A stretch of 64,000 nucleotides of DNA from assembly GCA_963823665.1 (NCBI GenBank), contig CAWGMQ010000006.1:512001-576000 (forward strand), given 5' to 3'. A program made the translations under genes and the position numbers. Each line of letters begins with the position of its first letter. The first letter of the stretch is position 1. The notes under the pieces were generated by a model, which saw nothing but the letters and a program-made list of their open reading frames with translations, made no database searches and was not told the DNA's origin. The stretch comes from an uncultured Planctomycetota bacterium. GTDB lineage: Bacteria; Planctomycetota; Planctomycetia; Isosphaerales; Isosphaeraceae. Below, in pieces: positions 30,501-41,100 of this stretch.

Positions 30501-32042
30501 ACGTATGTTGGCAGCGTGACTGTGACCACGACCAACGACGGTAACGCCTCGTTTACCTACCTGAGCACGTCCCTCCCACGGAACGCGATCGTTTCGGCGA
30601 CGACGACGGACCCGGGAAATACGTCGGAGTTCTCGCTCGACCAAGCTGAGGACACGCCACCGATCGCCGAGCTGGTTGCGCGGCCGAGCCCGGCGGGCTC
30701 TCCGGCGACCACCTTCAACGAAGGACAGACCATCACGTTCGACGGCTCGGGCTCGTTTAGCCCCGACGGCGATGCGCTCTCCTATACCTGGGATTTCAAC
30801 GATGGGACTCCGCTCGTCACCACCTCGACGCCGACGGAGACGCACGCTTATGACTACGACGGAACCTATGTCGTCACCCTGACCGTCAACGACGGCCACG
30901 GCGGGATCGAGAGCAACATCGACATCCTGACGATTAACAAGCTGCCGCCAACGATCACCTTCAACCCGCTGCCGGCGTCGCTCGCTGTGGGGACCACGCT
31001 TCACTTGACCGGCACGATCGACGACCCGACCCCGGACCTCGAGACCGTCGTTCTCAACTGGGGCGACGGCTCGTACCCCACGACCCTGCACTTGGCCGCG
31101 GGGAGCTCGACGTTCTCGGTCTCCCACGACTACGCCTCGCCGCTTCCCGGGGGCGCGACCACGGCCACGCTCGGCGCGACCGTGACCGACGCCTCCAACC
31201 CAGCCGCGTCGCCTAAGCCGTCACCCCTCGGACCCCTCTCGCCGACGCCCACATTCGATGTCGGCGGCTTGAGCGGATCAACCTCGGCCATGCTGACGGT
31301 CTTTCAGCAAGTGCCCACGATCGCCGGTCTGACCCTCAGCCAGTCCACGGTCAACGTCGGCGGCACAACCACGCTCTCGGGGACGATCGTGGACCCGAAC
31401 CCGGTCGTCTCGCACACGGTGACGATCCAGTGGGGCGATCCATCCCCCGCGACCACCCTGGATTTGCCCCCCGGCGACCTGGCGTTTTCGAGCGCGCACC
31501 AGTACGACAGCACTCCCGGCGACTCGCTTTCCGGCGCGTGGCCGATCGATGTGACGGTCGTCAACAGCAATCTCCTCTCGGGCGCCGTCGCGCCGCCCGC
31601 CGTCACCGCCGTCGACGTGTCGCCGGTCGTTCAGATAGAGAGCCTTCCGCTCTCGACCGCGGGCTCGCTCGTCTCGCTGCTCGCCAACGCAATCGAGCCG
31701 CCGGGAACGATCAACCAGCTCACCTACCAGTGGACCCTCACCACCGGCGGTGCCTTCTACGCATCGGGGACCGGCCAGACCCTTTCGTTCGTCTCGATCA
31801 GCGGCGGAGTGTTCACGGCGACAGTCGTGGTCACCGACCAGGACGGCGCGACCGGGCAGGCCAGCGCGCAGGTTGTCGTCGGCCCATCGACTCCGAATAA
31901 CACCGTCATTTTCAATCCGGCCGGCGGCGGGCTGGTCACGATCACGGCCGACGGCACGACCTCCAACCCATTCGCACCCGGCAACGGAATCATCTATTAC
32001 GCGCGGGCGCAACCAACTTTGTCGAGGCCGCCCCGACCCTGA
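24513..32042 (+). CDS. Giant extracellular protein, part 2 of 3 (beta-helix repeats, PKD/Ig-like domains)
   Basis: The same repeats continue in the -1 frame from about 24478. PKD signature YTWDFNDG..YVVTLTVNDG near 30700-30930, with further WGD-type domains. Confidence 0.9.
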   Translation: MSTDTTAGANVIEGDYIGTDATGNVGLSDGTGIDIASAGNTIGGTASGAANVIAGNDGTGYSTAGTQIFLDTSASDNLVQGNYIGLGADGLALAGATGSGVYINHATGETIGGVTAAARNVISGNSGAGVEILGGSDNLIAGDYIGTDPTGTTAIGNGPLNSNNDVAIGGGATNNTVGGTTSGARNIISAGGFGVYVFGPATTENLVEGNYIGTDSTGTVALANVVGVGLSSSGGGNTIGGATSTPGTGAGNLIAGNSDQAVGLGSEPDGDVILGNVIGGVAIPGVGTSPENLIGIGVGGSTGFEIGGTSPQDENVISGNTAYGVEISGSSNSLVQGNLIGTNLPGSSAVPNQIGVLIEGGSTNITIGGTTGSPANVISGNTIYGLQITGAGTSSNVVEGDYIGTDVTGAMAIANGTGVEIEVGASDNTIGGLTTTPGAGVGNVISGNSNNGVYLSDAGTASNAIEGNLIGTDATGSAPLGNVGDGVAVEAGATGAIIGGATAGAGNVISNNSNYGVYIDASGAVVQGNLIGLDSSGVNVMGNSYGVGIGANGVTVGGTTALARNVIAASAVDGVLIGSSSVLVEGNFIGTDASGAHARGNNQGIVTNIGGSNTIGGTVTGAGNLVSGNTTDGIDLDLSNSNLVVGNLVGTDSTGNLRLGNEYGLAVFGSSNTIGGLTGASAGNVVSANLFDGIIIASGTGNLIEGNDVGTNAAGTAALGNGALGAIDVQSGPNTVGGTTAGAGNLVSGNLSDGIILTSSASAVLVAGNIVGLSASGNAAIGNVLGIEIDGSNNTIGGTTSGAGNVISGNTGAGVELNGAGASANVVVGDDIGTNAAGTAAFGNGSDGVEITNSATGDTIGGTTAGAGNVISGNTGDGVEITGTGTTGNLVAGNLIGTDSSGTAALGNLVAGVEIDTGASANLIGGTTASARNIISANGYSGVQIYEANDNLVEGNYVGTDKTGTIALGNNVGSGAFGDGFGGVTLDGGSSGNTIGGLTATPGSGAGNVISGNIFAGVLLYFAGSDNLVAGNLIGTDSTGGVALGNLIDPLLNYGGAGVGVEYSSDTTVGELGGRNVISGNGPGTVDGTNVYLLSSTGSVVQSNFIGTDITGTVALSTNTLNGVYFQYGSYTIGGLTPTPGTGLGNVISGNSIGIYYSGDTVPDGVNIEGNIIGADATGTHELPNPNGGMIFYQVSLVTIGGTAAGAGNLISGDNRPGSEGDIYLDDSTDNAVKGNFIGTDITGKFGLQALPGDQNGIGVNIGLGSTDNTIGGITAADRNIISGVVNGPGVYIFGTGTTGNTVEGNFIGTDLTGSVAIANAVGVEIETGASGNLIGGTAAGAGNVISGNAVDGIDIGGTATSGNVVAGNDIGTDVTGTVALGNLADGVVIDTGASGNLIGGTTASARNIIAANDGSGVEIDDANDNQVEGNYVGTDKTGTVGLGNNQILKNIADGGISLENGAAGNTIGGLTATPGTGAGNLVSDNANGGVVLNYAGSNNLVAGNLIGTDSTGTVALGNLPDTPALYGGYGVDLNYSPGNTVGEPGGRNVISGNGAVGPGITNTANVIVYYSSGSAVQSNFIGTDISGTVAISSNTYNMYVGGGSSITIGGITPTPGTGLGNVISGNSGEFGLGIAGVTGPVVVEGNIIGADASGEHELPNAVSGVFLSQASGVTIGGAAAGAGNLISGDNRYGNEGNIFLDDSSDNAVEGNLIGTDITGEARLPALSGDVYGTGVIIADGSSGNTVGGTTAAARNIISGIDGPGVYIGAEFVPGSVSSGNVVLGNYIGTDAAETTALANDGDGVEIATGATGNTIGGTVAGAGNVISGNTNDGVEISGTGTSGNAVDGDFIGTDVTGTVAIANATGVELDAGASGNAIGSITAGAGNTIADNTGDGVQVVGNGTTGNPIRGNSIFGNGVLGIELGTSGVPSTNVLGGSTSGPNNDENYPVLTIVSYTPGVGTTIAGDINTAPNTTVFVDFYTDAVEGQGGYGQGQTYVGSVTVTTTNDGNASFTYLSTSLPRNAIVSATTTDPGNTSEFSLDQAEDTPPIAELVARPSPAGSPATTFNEGQTITFDGSGSFSPDGDALSYTWDFNDGTPLVTTSTPTETHAYDYDGTYVVTLTVNDGHGGIESNIDILTINKLPPTITFNPLPASLAVGTTLHLTGTIDDPTPDLETVVLNWGDGSYPTTLHLAAGSSTFSVSHDYASPLPGGATTATLGATVTDASNPAASPKPSPLGPLSPTPTFDVGGLSGSTSAMLTVFQQVPTIAGLTLSQSTVNVGGTTTLSGTIVDPNPVVSHTVTIQWGDPSPATTLDLPPGDLAFSSAHQYDSTPGDSLSGAWPIDVTVVNSNLLSGAVAPPAVTAVDVSPVVQIESLPLSTAGSLVSLLANAIEPPGTINQLTYQWTLTTGGAFYASGTGQTLSFVSISGGVFTATVVVTDQDGATGQASAQVVVGPSTPNNTVIFNPAGGGLVTITADGTTSNPFAPGNGIIYYARAQPTLSRPPRP

Positions 32043-32170
32043 CGACTCCGATCGAGCTGGTCGGCAGCACCGGCGGAACGAACACCCTGATCGGCGGCGC
32101 CGGCGACGACACGCTCGTCAGCGTCCGGGGGAATGATTACCTCGAAGGGACAACGGGCAACACCGACTTC

Positions 32171-35100
32171 GTGCTCATTCTGGGCCACGATCCGACGCTG
32201 GTGGCCTCGACGGGCATCAACACGATCGATCTCAGCCAGACGCCCCAGAACGTCACGCTCAACCTCGGCAGCCAGACGGTTCAGACGGTGGACAGCGCCG
32301 GGGACATCGTGCTTCTGCAGGGCACATTCCAGAACGTGATCGCCGGCCCCGGGGACGACATCCTTACCGCGGCTAACGGCGTCAACAGCTCGCTCATTGG
32401 CGGCTCCGGCAATGACATCATCTATGGCTCGGGATCGGGGAACGACTCGATCGTGGGTGGCACGGGCAACGACACCTTGGTCGGTGGCGGCGGGAACGAC
32501 ATCATCTACGGCTCGTCATCGGGGAACGACTCGATCGTCGGTGGGACTGGGAACGACACGATCACTGGCGGCGGTGGTAATGACATCATTTATGGGTCGT
32601 CGTCGGGTAACGACTCGATCGTGGGTGGGACGGGCACCGACACGATCATGGGCGGCGGTGGTAACGACATCATTTATGGATCGTCGTCGGGCAACGACTC
32701 GATCGTAGGCGGCACCGGGAACGACACGTTGGTTGGTGGCGGTGGTAACGACATCATTTATGGATCGTCATCGGGGAACGACTCGATCGTGGGCGGGACG
32801 GGGAACGACACGCTGGTTGGCGGCGGCGGGAACGACATCATCTATGGCTCGGGATCGGGGAATGACTCGATCGTGGGTGGGACAGGGAACGACACGCTCG
32901 TCGGCGGTGGCGGCAACGACATCATTTATGGCTCGGGATCGGGGAACGACTCGATCGTGGGTGGGACGGGGAACGACACGCTCGTCGGCGGTGGTGGCAA
33001 CGACATCATCTATGGCTCGGGATCGGGGAACGACTCGATCGTGGGTGGGACAGGGAACGACACGCTCGTCGGCGGTGGTGGCAACGACATCATCTATGGC
33101 TCGGGATCGGGGAACGACTCGATCGTGGGTGGGACGGGGAACGACACGCTCGTCGGCGGTGGTGGCAACGACATCATCTATGGCTCGGGATCGGGGAACG
33201 ACTCGATCGTGGGTGGGACGGGGAACGACACGCTCGTCGGTGGTGGTGGCAACGATATCATCTATGGCTCGGGATCGGGGAACGACTCGATCGTGGGTGG
33301 GACGGGGAACGACACGCTCGTCGGTGGTGGTGGCAACGACATCATCTATGGATCGGGATCGGGGAATGACTCGATCGTGGGTGGGACGGGGAACGACACG
33401 CTCGTTGGCGGCGGCGGTAACGACATCATCTATGGCTCGGGATCGGGGAATGACTCGATCGTGGGTGGGACGGGGAACGACACGCTCGTCGGCGGCGGCG
33501 GTAACGACATCATTTATGGCTCGGGATCGGGGAACGATTCGATCGTGGGCGGCACCGGGAACGACACGTTGGTTGGTGGCGGCGGCAACGACATCATTTA
33601 TGGGTCGGGATCGGGTAACGACTCGATCGTGGGCGGCACCGGGAACGACACGTTGGTTGGTGGCGGCGGCAACGACATCATTTATGGGTCGGGATCGGGT
33701 AACGACTCGATCGTGGGCGGCACGGGCAACGACACGTTGGTGGGCGGCGGCGGCAACGACATCATTTATGGGTCGTCGTCGGGAAATGACTCGATCGTGG
33801 GTGGGACTGGGAACGACACGATCACGGGCGGCGGCGGCAACGACATCATCTATGGATCATCATCGGGGAACGACTCGATCGTGGGCGGCACGGGCAACGA
33901 CTCGATCACCGGCGGCGGGGGTAATGACATCATCTTCGGCGGGCCCGGAAACGACTCGATCGTGGGTGGCACCGGCTACAACACGATCAGCGGCGGTGGT
34001 GGCAGCGACATCATTTCTGGAGGGCCGAACGACTGGCTGATCGAGACTGACCCAGTCGGAAACACGGTGACTCCCACCACGGTGACCCTGACCAACTCGT
34101 CGCTGGCCATGCCGGGATACGGGACGGATACCATCATCGGCATCACCAACATCGTCGTCGGGCTGGGCGACGGCAAGATCGAGCTGGACGCCAGTCATGA
34201 CACCATGCCGCTGGTGCTGGTCGCCGGGACGGGCGACGACACGATTCTGGCTGGGCCGGGTGACGACACGATGTATGCGGGGTCGGGCACCGACTCGCTG
34301 GTCGGCGGCGGCGGCAACGACGTCTACGTCTTCGGCCCGCTGGCGCAGGGAAACGTCACGGTGAATGATGGGTCGAACACGAACAACACGATGGACTTCT
34401 CGCTCTTTGGCGCGGGCATCAATCTCGATCTCCAGGCGGTTGGCCCGCAGGCTGTGAGCCCGGGACTGTTGAACCTGACCCTTACCAACCCGCTCAGTAT
34501 CAACAAGGTTGTCGGCACGTCGTACCCCGACACGATCCTGGGCAACGGCCGGAACGATACGCTGATCGGCAACGGCGGCGACAACTACCTGAACGCCCGA
34601 GGCGGCGCGGCCCTGGTCGAAGGATTCCAAACGCAGGTGGTCTACCTCGACTTCCTGCCAGGGGTGGTCGACTACTCGGCGCAGTCCACTCGGGACGCCA
34701 TCCAGGCCGGCATCGGGGCGATCTATTCGGCGTTCAATGTCACCTTTACGCAGACACAGCCGACGAGCGGGCCGTACGAGACGCTCTATTACAACGTCCC
34801 GGCCGGCAGCCTGCTTGCGGGCGAGGCGACGGAGCTCGACTGGCGAAACCTCGACCTGGACGGGTCGGCCTCGATCGACATTAGCCAGTTCCTGGGCGGG
34901 CCTGACTACCCGGCAGACACTCTGACGAATGTCATTAACATGTCGGTGACGATCGGCGCTCACGAGCTCGGACATCTCACCGGCCTCATCCACGGCGATT
35001 CGTTCGGCCCTATCGGCGCTGGTGTTTACGCGAACCTCGCCGACAATTCGTACCTTGAGGGCTTCACCCCGCCCTACCCCGGCCCGGCGAACGCCGTCGA

Positions 35101-38100
35101 CACGGTGTACGACGTGATGGCGTCTCCGGCGTCGGTCGGCACTTCGCTCTTCGATGCGGCCAACGTGACATTCTTCGGCGAGCGCGACGACATTTCCCTG
35201 GCGTTTGCCGACTCGGGCACGACGACCAACGAGACGCCTGGCGACCCCAATACGTCGGTCGCGACGGCCCAGCCCCTGACTCTCGCACCGCTGTCCGTTC
35301 CGAACACGGTGTTGATTGGCCAGGGGACCGGCGACTACTTCGACGTGACCGCCGCCGATGTCGTCGGCTCGATCGGGCTCGGCGCCAACGGGCAGAGCAA
35401 CTCCGACTACTACGCTATCACCGCCACGGCGGGCGAGCTGCTCAACTTCCAGGTCCGGTCGCAGACTTTGACTCGCGATAACGACGATTCGATCGATTCG
35501 GAGCTGACAATCTACGAAGCAGACGGCACGACTGTGGTCCCGTACTATGGCAGCGCGTCGGGCGCGTTCAACGACGGTGGCTTCCAGGACGCCGATGCCG
35601 TCCTGTACGACCTCACGATGCCGTACACGGGCACTTACTACGTGAAAGTGAGCACCATCGTCGTCACCGACTCGTTCGGCATTGTTCATAACTCCGAAGT
35701 CGGCGACTACGAGCTGTTCATGTACAGCTTCGCGGCCACGCCTTTGGGAGGCACGCCTGCCACGAACGGCGATACGCTCGTCGGCAGCTCGGGGCAGGAT
35801 ACGCTGATCGGCAGCTCGGCGAACGACTTGATCGAAAGCGTGCCGGGCGATTCGGTCGTTTCCGGCTCGGGTGCCGACACGATCGACACGCTGCCGTACA
35901 ACATCGAAATCGCCGACCCCGCGCTCCAGTTGGGAAGCCCGGTTTCCCTTGCCGGCAGCTTTGTGGCCTCGAACCCGGGCATGGCCTACACGTACGACTG
36001 GCACGTGGCCAGCAGCAATGGTCAGGTGATCGCCGACGCCCGCGGGACGGCCGCGGTCGACAACGGGGCGGGGACGACCGCGTTTCAGTTCACGCCCACG
36101 TCCGCGGGCGCTTACACCATCACGCTCACGATCACCGACGGCTACGGCGGAGTCAACCAGGCGACGCTCGAGGAGACGGCCGGGACAATCACGCCCTTCA
36201 CCACCCAGATCGGGACCGGCGCGGGCCAGATCACTGGGATTCTCGGCACGCCGACCAGCTTGAACGCGACGGCCACGGGCACGTACGCGGTCGCGTCTTA
36301 CGCCTGGGTCGTCTCGGCCCCCGCCGCGGCGACAACGCCCGCGCGGGGATATGACTCCTCCTACTGCTTCACACCGACGTCCGCCGGGAATTACACCGTC
36401 ACCATGACAGCGACCGACACCAACGGGGACGTGTCGGTGTCGAGTCTCACCGTCATCGTGCCGTTTGTCGCCCCCTCGGCGCAGATCGTTGGAGTGCCGG
36501 CGAACGAGTACGTGCCCGAGGGGTACGCGTTCTCCCTCGCCGGAATTGGCAACGACCCTACCCAGGGGGACGACCTCACCGAATCGTGGACCGTCACGGC
36601 CGGCGACGGCTCCGAGGCGCCGTACACCCAGTCGGGCCCGAACGTGACGTACACGCCCGACGACATCGGGTCTTACACCGTCACGCTCGATCTGCTCGAT
36701 GCCAGCGGCCAGGTCGTTGCTTCAACCTCACAGCAGATCCTTTCGATCGGAGTCGCTCCGATGGCGACGATTTCTGGGGGACCGACGGGAGGGACGACCA
36801 CCGAGGGTACGACCCTTGCATTCTCTGGCGCGGCCAGCAGCCCGAGCACCGTCACAACGGCCAAAGGGTTCCTCTACACCTGGGGCGTGACGCTCGGCAC
36901 CTTCATTTACGTCGCCCCGACGACCCCAACGGTCAACCCCACCAACTTCAGCTTCACGCCGGGCCAGGCGGGGACCTACGTCGTGTCGCTCTCCGTCACA
37001 GACAATCACGGGTTTACCAGCCTGGCCGCCACCCAGACGGTTGAGGTCGCCGCAGTCGCGCCTTCGGTCACGATCACGGGCCTGCCGGCCGACAGCGTCA
37101 CTGCGGGAACGACGGTTGCTCTCGGCAGCATTGTGACTGACCCGAGTGCCGTGCTCCAGAGTGCCGGTTTCTCCGAGTCGTGGAACGTTCAGTTCGGCGG
37201 AGCAACGTACGGGCCGTTCTACGGGCCGGCGCTAAATCTTACGCTGGGCTCCATCGGTAGCTATACCGTGAACTTCGTGGCCACGGATGCCGAAGGCGTC
37301 TCGTCCACGACGACTGAGATCGTCACCGCCGCCGACACCGCTCCGGTCGTCACGCCCGCGGCCTCGCCCACAGCGCAGGCGCCGGAGCAGGCGACCAAGA
37401 GCGCGTACAACCTTGGCAGCGTCGTGGGCCCTGGCCTCGACCAGAGCGGCGGGATTGTGACCGTGAACTGGGGCGACGGAACGGCCGCAACCTCGTTCCC
37501 GATCTCGTCGCAGGGCTCACTCGGCTTCCAGGCCCACGCCTACGAGCTGCCCGGCAACTACCAGATAACCGTCACCGTGACCGACGCCTACGGCCTCTCC
37601 GGTTCCGAGTCGTTCACGACGACCGTGGCCCCGGTCGCACCGTCGCCGGAGATCCAGAGCGCGCCGGCTTCGATGAACGCAGAATCGTCCGTGATTCTGA
37701 GCAGCAGCGTCACCGACTTCAGCCAGGCCGAGAATGCCGCGGGCTACACGTACGCCTGGTCCGTGCTGCGGAATGGCGCGCCTTACACCCTCCCGGGCAA
37801 CCCGTCGACAGACGGCCCGAGCTTGCAGTTCACTCCCGTGCTCGGCGGCAGCTACACGATCAGCCTCTCCACGACCGATTCGAGCGACAGCGTGGGAGTC
37901 GCGCCACCGCAGACGATCGTCGTCAACGATCTGAACACGACCACCAGCCTGTCCTCGTCGGGCAGTCCGTCCGTCAGCGGCCAGAGTGTCGCTTTCACCG
38001 CCACGGTGAGCATCGCGGGAGCGGGCAGCAACGCCGTGGTCAACCCGAGCGGCACGGTCACCTTCTATGACAGCGGCGTAGCGATCGGCACCGCAACGCT

Positions 38101-41100
38101 GACCGGCACGGCCACCGACACCGCCACGTTCACCACGAGCACGCTGAGCACGGCCACCCACCCCATCACGGCTGCGTACACCAGCGGCGACGGCAGCTTC
38201 AACGCCAGCGCGCCGTCCTTGGCAATCAACCAGGGGGTCAACAAGGCCAACACCACGACCAGCGTGGTCAGCTCGGGCAGCACGGTTTCCGGCCAATCGG
38301 TGACCTTCACGGCCACGGTGAGCATCGTCAGCCCCGGCACCAGCGCCGTGGCCAACCCGACCGGCACGGTCAACTTCTACGACGGCACCACGCTGCTGGG
38401 CAGCGGGGCACTCAACGGCACCGATACGGCGACCTTCACCACCAGCACGCTGTCGACCGCCGCCCACCAGATCACGGCAACGTACGCGGATGACACCAAC
38501 TTCAATCCCAGTACCTCGGCCGCCATCACGCAGACGGTGAGCAAGGCCAGCACAGCCACCAGCGTGGTCAGCTCCGGCAGCTCGGTCTCCGGCCAATCGG
38601 TGACCTTCACCGCTACGGTGACCATCGTCAGCCCAGGCACGAGTGCCGTCGCCAAGCCGACCGGCACGATCAACTTCTACGACGGCTCCGTGCTGCTAGG
38701 GGGCGGGGCGCTCAGCGGCACCGCCACCGATACGGCCACCTTCACCACCAGCACCCTGTCGACAGCCAGCCACCAGATCACGGCGACCTATGCCGATGAC
38801 ACCAACTTCAGTCCCAGTACCTCGGCCGCCATCACCCAGACGGTGAGCAAGGCCAGCACAGCCACCAGCGTGGTCAGCTCCGGCAGCACGGTCTCCGGCC
38901 AGTCGGTGACCTTCACCGCCACGGTGAGCATCGTCAGCCCGGGCACCAACGCCGTGGCCAAACCGACCGGCACGGTCACGTTCTACGACAACGGTGCCGC
39001 CATCGGCACCAGCACGCTCAGCGGCACGGCCACGGATACGGCCACCTTTACCACCAGCACGCTGAGCACCGCCACTCACCCCATCACAGCCGCCTACACG
39101 GGCGGCGATGGAAACTTCAACGCGGGCACGCCCTCCGCTTCGATCAGCCAGGTTGTCAACAAGGCGTCTACCACCACGGTGGTGAGCTCCTCGGCCAACC
39201 CGTCGGTCTCCGGCCAATCCGTGACCTTCACGGCCACGGTGAGCATCGTCAGCCCCGGCACCAGCGCCGTGGCCAACCCCACCGGCACGGTCACCTTCTA
39301 TGACAACGGCGCCGCCATCGGCACCGGCACGCTCAGCGGCACGGCCACGGATACGGCCACCTTTACCACCAGCACGCTGAGCACCGCCACTCACCCCATC
39401 ACAGCCGCCTACACAGGCGGCGATGGAAACTTCAACGCGGGCACGCCCTCCGCTTCGATCAGCCAGGTTGTCAACAAGGCGTCTACCACCACGGTGGTGA
39501 GCCCCTCGGCCAACCCGTCGGTCTCAGGCCAGTCGGTGACCTTCACGGCCACGGTGAGCATCGTCGGCCCGGGCACCAACGCCGTGGCCGAACCGACCGG
39601 CACGGTCACGTTCTACGACAACGGCGCCGCCATCGGCACCGGCACGCTCAGCGACACGGCCACGGATACGGCCACCTTTACCACCAGCACGCTGAGCACC
39701 GCCACTCACCCCATCACAGCCGCCTACACGGGCGGCGATGGAAACTTCAACGCGGGCACGCCTTCCGCTTCGATCAGCCAGGTTGTCAACAAGGCGTCTA
39801 CCACCACGGTGGTGAGCCCCTCGGCCAATCCGTCGGTCTCCGGCCAGGGGGTGACCTTCACGGCCACAGTGAGCATCGTCAGCCCGGGCACCAACGCCGT
39901 GGGCAAACCGACCGGCACGGTCACCTTCTATGACAACGGCGCCGCCATCGGCACCGGCACGCTCAGCGGCACGGCCACGGATACGGCCACCTTTACCACC
40001 AGCATGCTAAGCACCGCCACTCACCCCATCACGGCCGCCTACACGGGCGGCGATAGCAACTTCAACGCGGCCGCGCCGTCGGCGGCGATCAACCAGGTTG
40101 TCAACAAGGCGTCCACCACCACGGTGGTGATCTCCTCCGCCAATCCGTCGGTCTCCGGCCAGGGGGTGACCTTTACGGCCACGGTGAGCATCGTCAGCCC
40201 AGGCACGAGCGCCGTGGCCAACCCCACCGGCACCGTCAACTTCTACGACGCCTCCACGCTCCTGGGCAGCGGCACGCTCAGCGGCACCGGCACCGATACG
40301 GCCACCTTGACGACCAGCACCCTCTCGACCGCCAGCCACCAGATCACGGCGACGTATGCCGGTGATACCAACTTCAATTCCAGTACCTCGGCCGCCATCA
40401 CCCAGACGGTGAACAACCCCAGCATGACCTCGGGCTCGATCTACGTTCTGGACCCGACGGCCGGCGGGGCCCTCGCGCTCTCTGGGAACGCCATCATCAA
40501 CGTCCTCGGCAACATCATCGTGGATTCGAGCTCGTCAACCGCCATCACCGCGAGCGGAAACGCCTCGGTCAAGGGCGCGGTCATTCAAGTCAAGGGGGGC
40601 GTGCAGAAGAGCGGGAACGCGACCTTCAGTCCGGCGCCGACCACAGGGGCACCGGTCGTTGCCAACCCGCTCGCCGGACTGACCGCTCCCACTTACTCAG
40701 GCACACCCATCTCGGAGACGCTCAGCGGGAACTCGACGGCCACGATCAATGCCGGCGTGTATAGCCAGATCACGGTCTCAGGCAATGCCAGCCTGACACT
40801 CAACCCGGGTATCTACATCATCGCCGGCGGTGGCCTCTCGGTATCCGGCAACGCGAACATCACCGGAACGGGCGTGATGATTTATAACACCAAGAGCAGC
40901 ACAGGCACTTACGGCAGCATCACCTTGAGCGGCAATGGAACAATCAAGCTGACCGGGCCCACGACCGGGGCGTACGCCGGCATTCTGATCTTTCAGGACT
41001 TGAGCAACTCGAAAGCCCTGACGTTCAGCGGCAATGCCATGCAAGGGATCACCGGCACGATCTACGCACCATCAGCACAGCTCGTCGAGAGCGGCAACGC

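Noticed and set aside
24470..32010. Programmed ribosomal frameshifting in the giant gene
   Set aside because: No slippery heptamer at either junction, and similar indels hit unrelated genes such as hutF.
32733..34040. 435-aa alternative-frame ORF (MARDRGTTRSW repeats), or the 84-bp array as a CRISPR
   Set aside because: This is an off-frame reading of the RTX array. Variation falls mainly at third codon positions of the RTX frame, and there are no spacers.
22348..36004. Long antisense ORFs (22348-23919, 28254-29483, 29904-31127, 33860-36004)
   Set aside because: These are shadow ORFs opposite a GC-rich repetitive gene, with no recognisable motifs.
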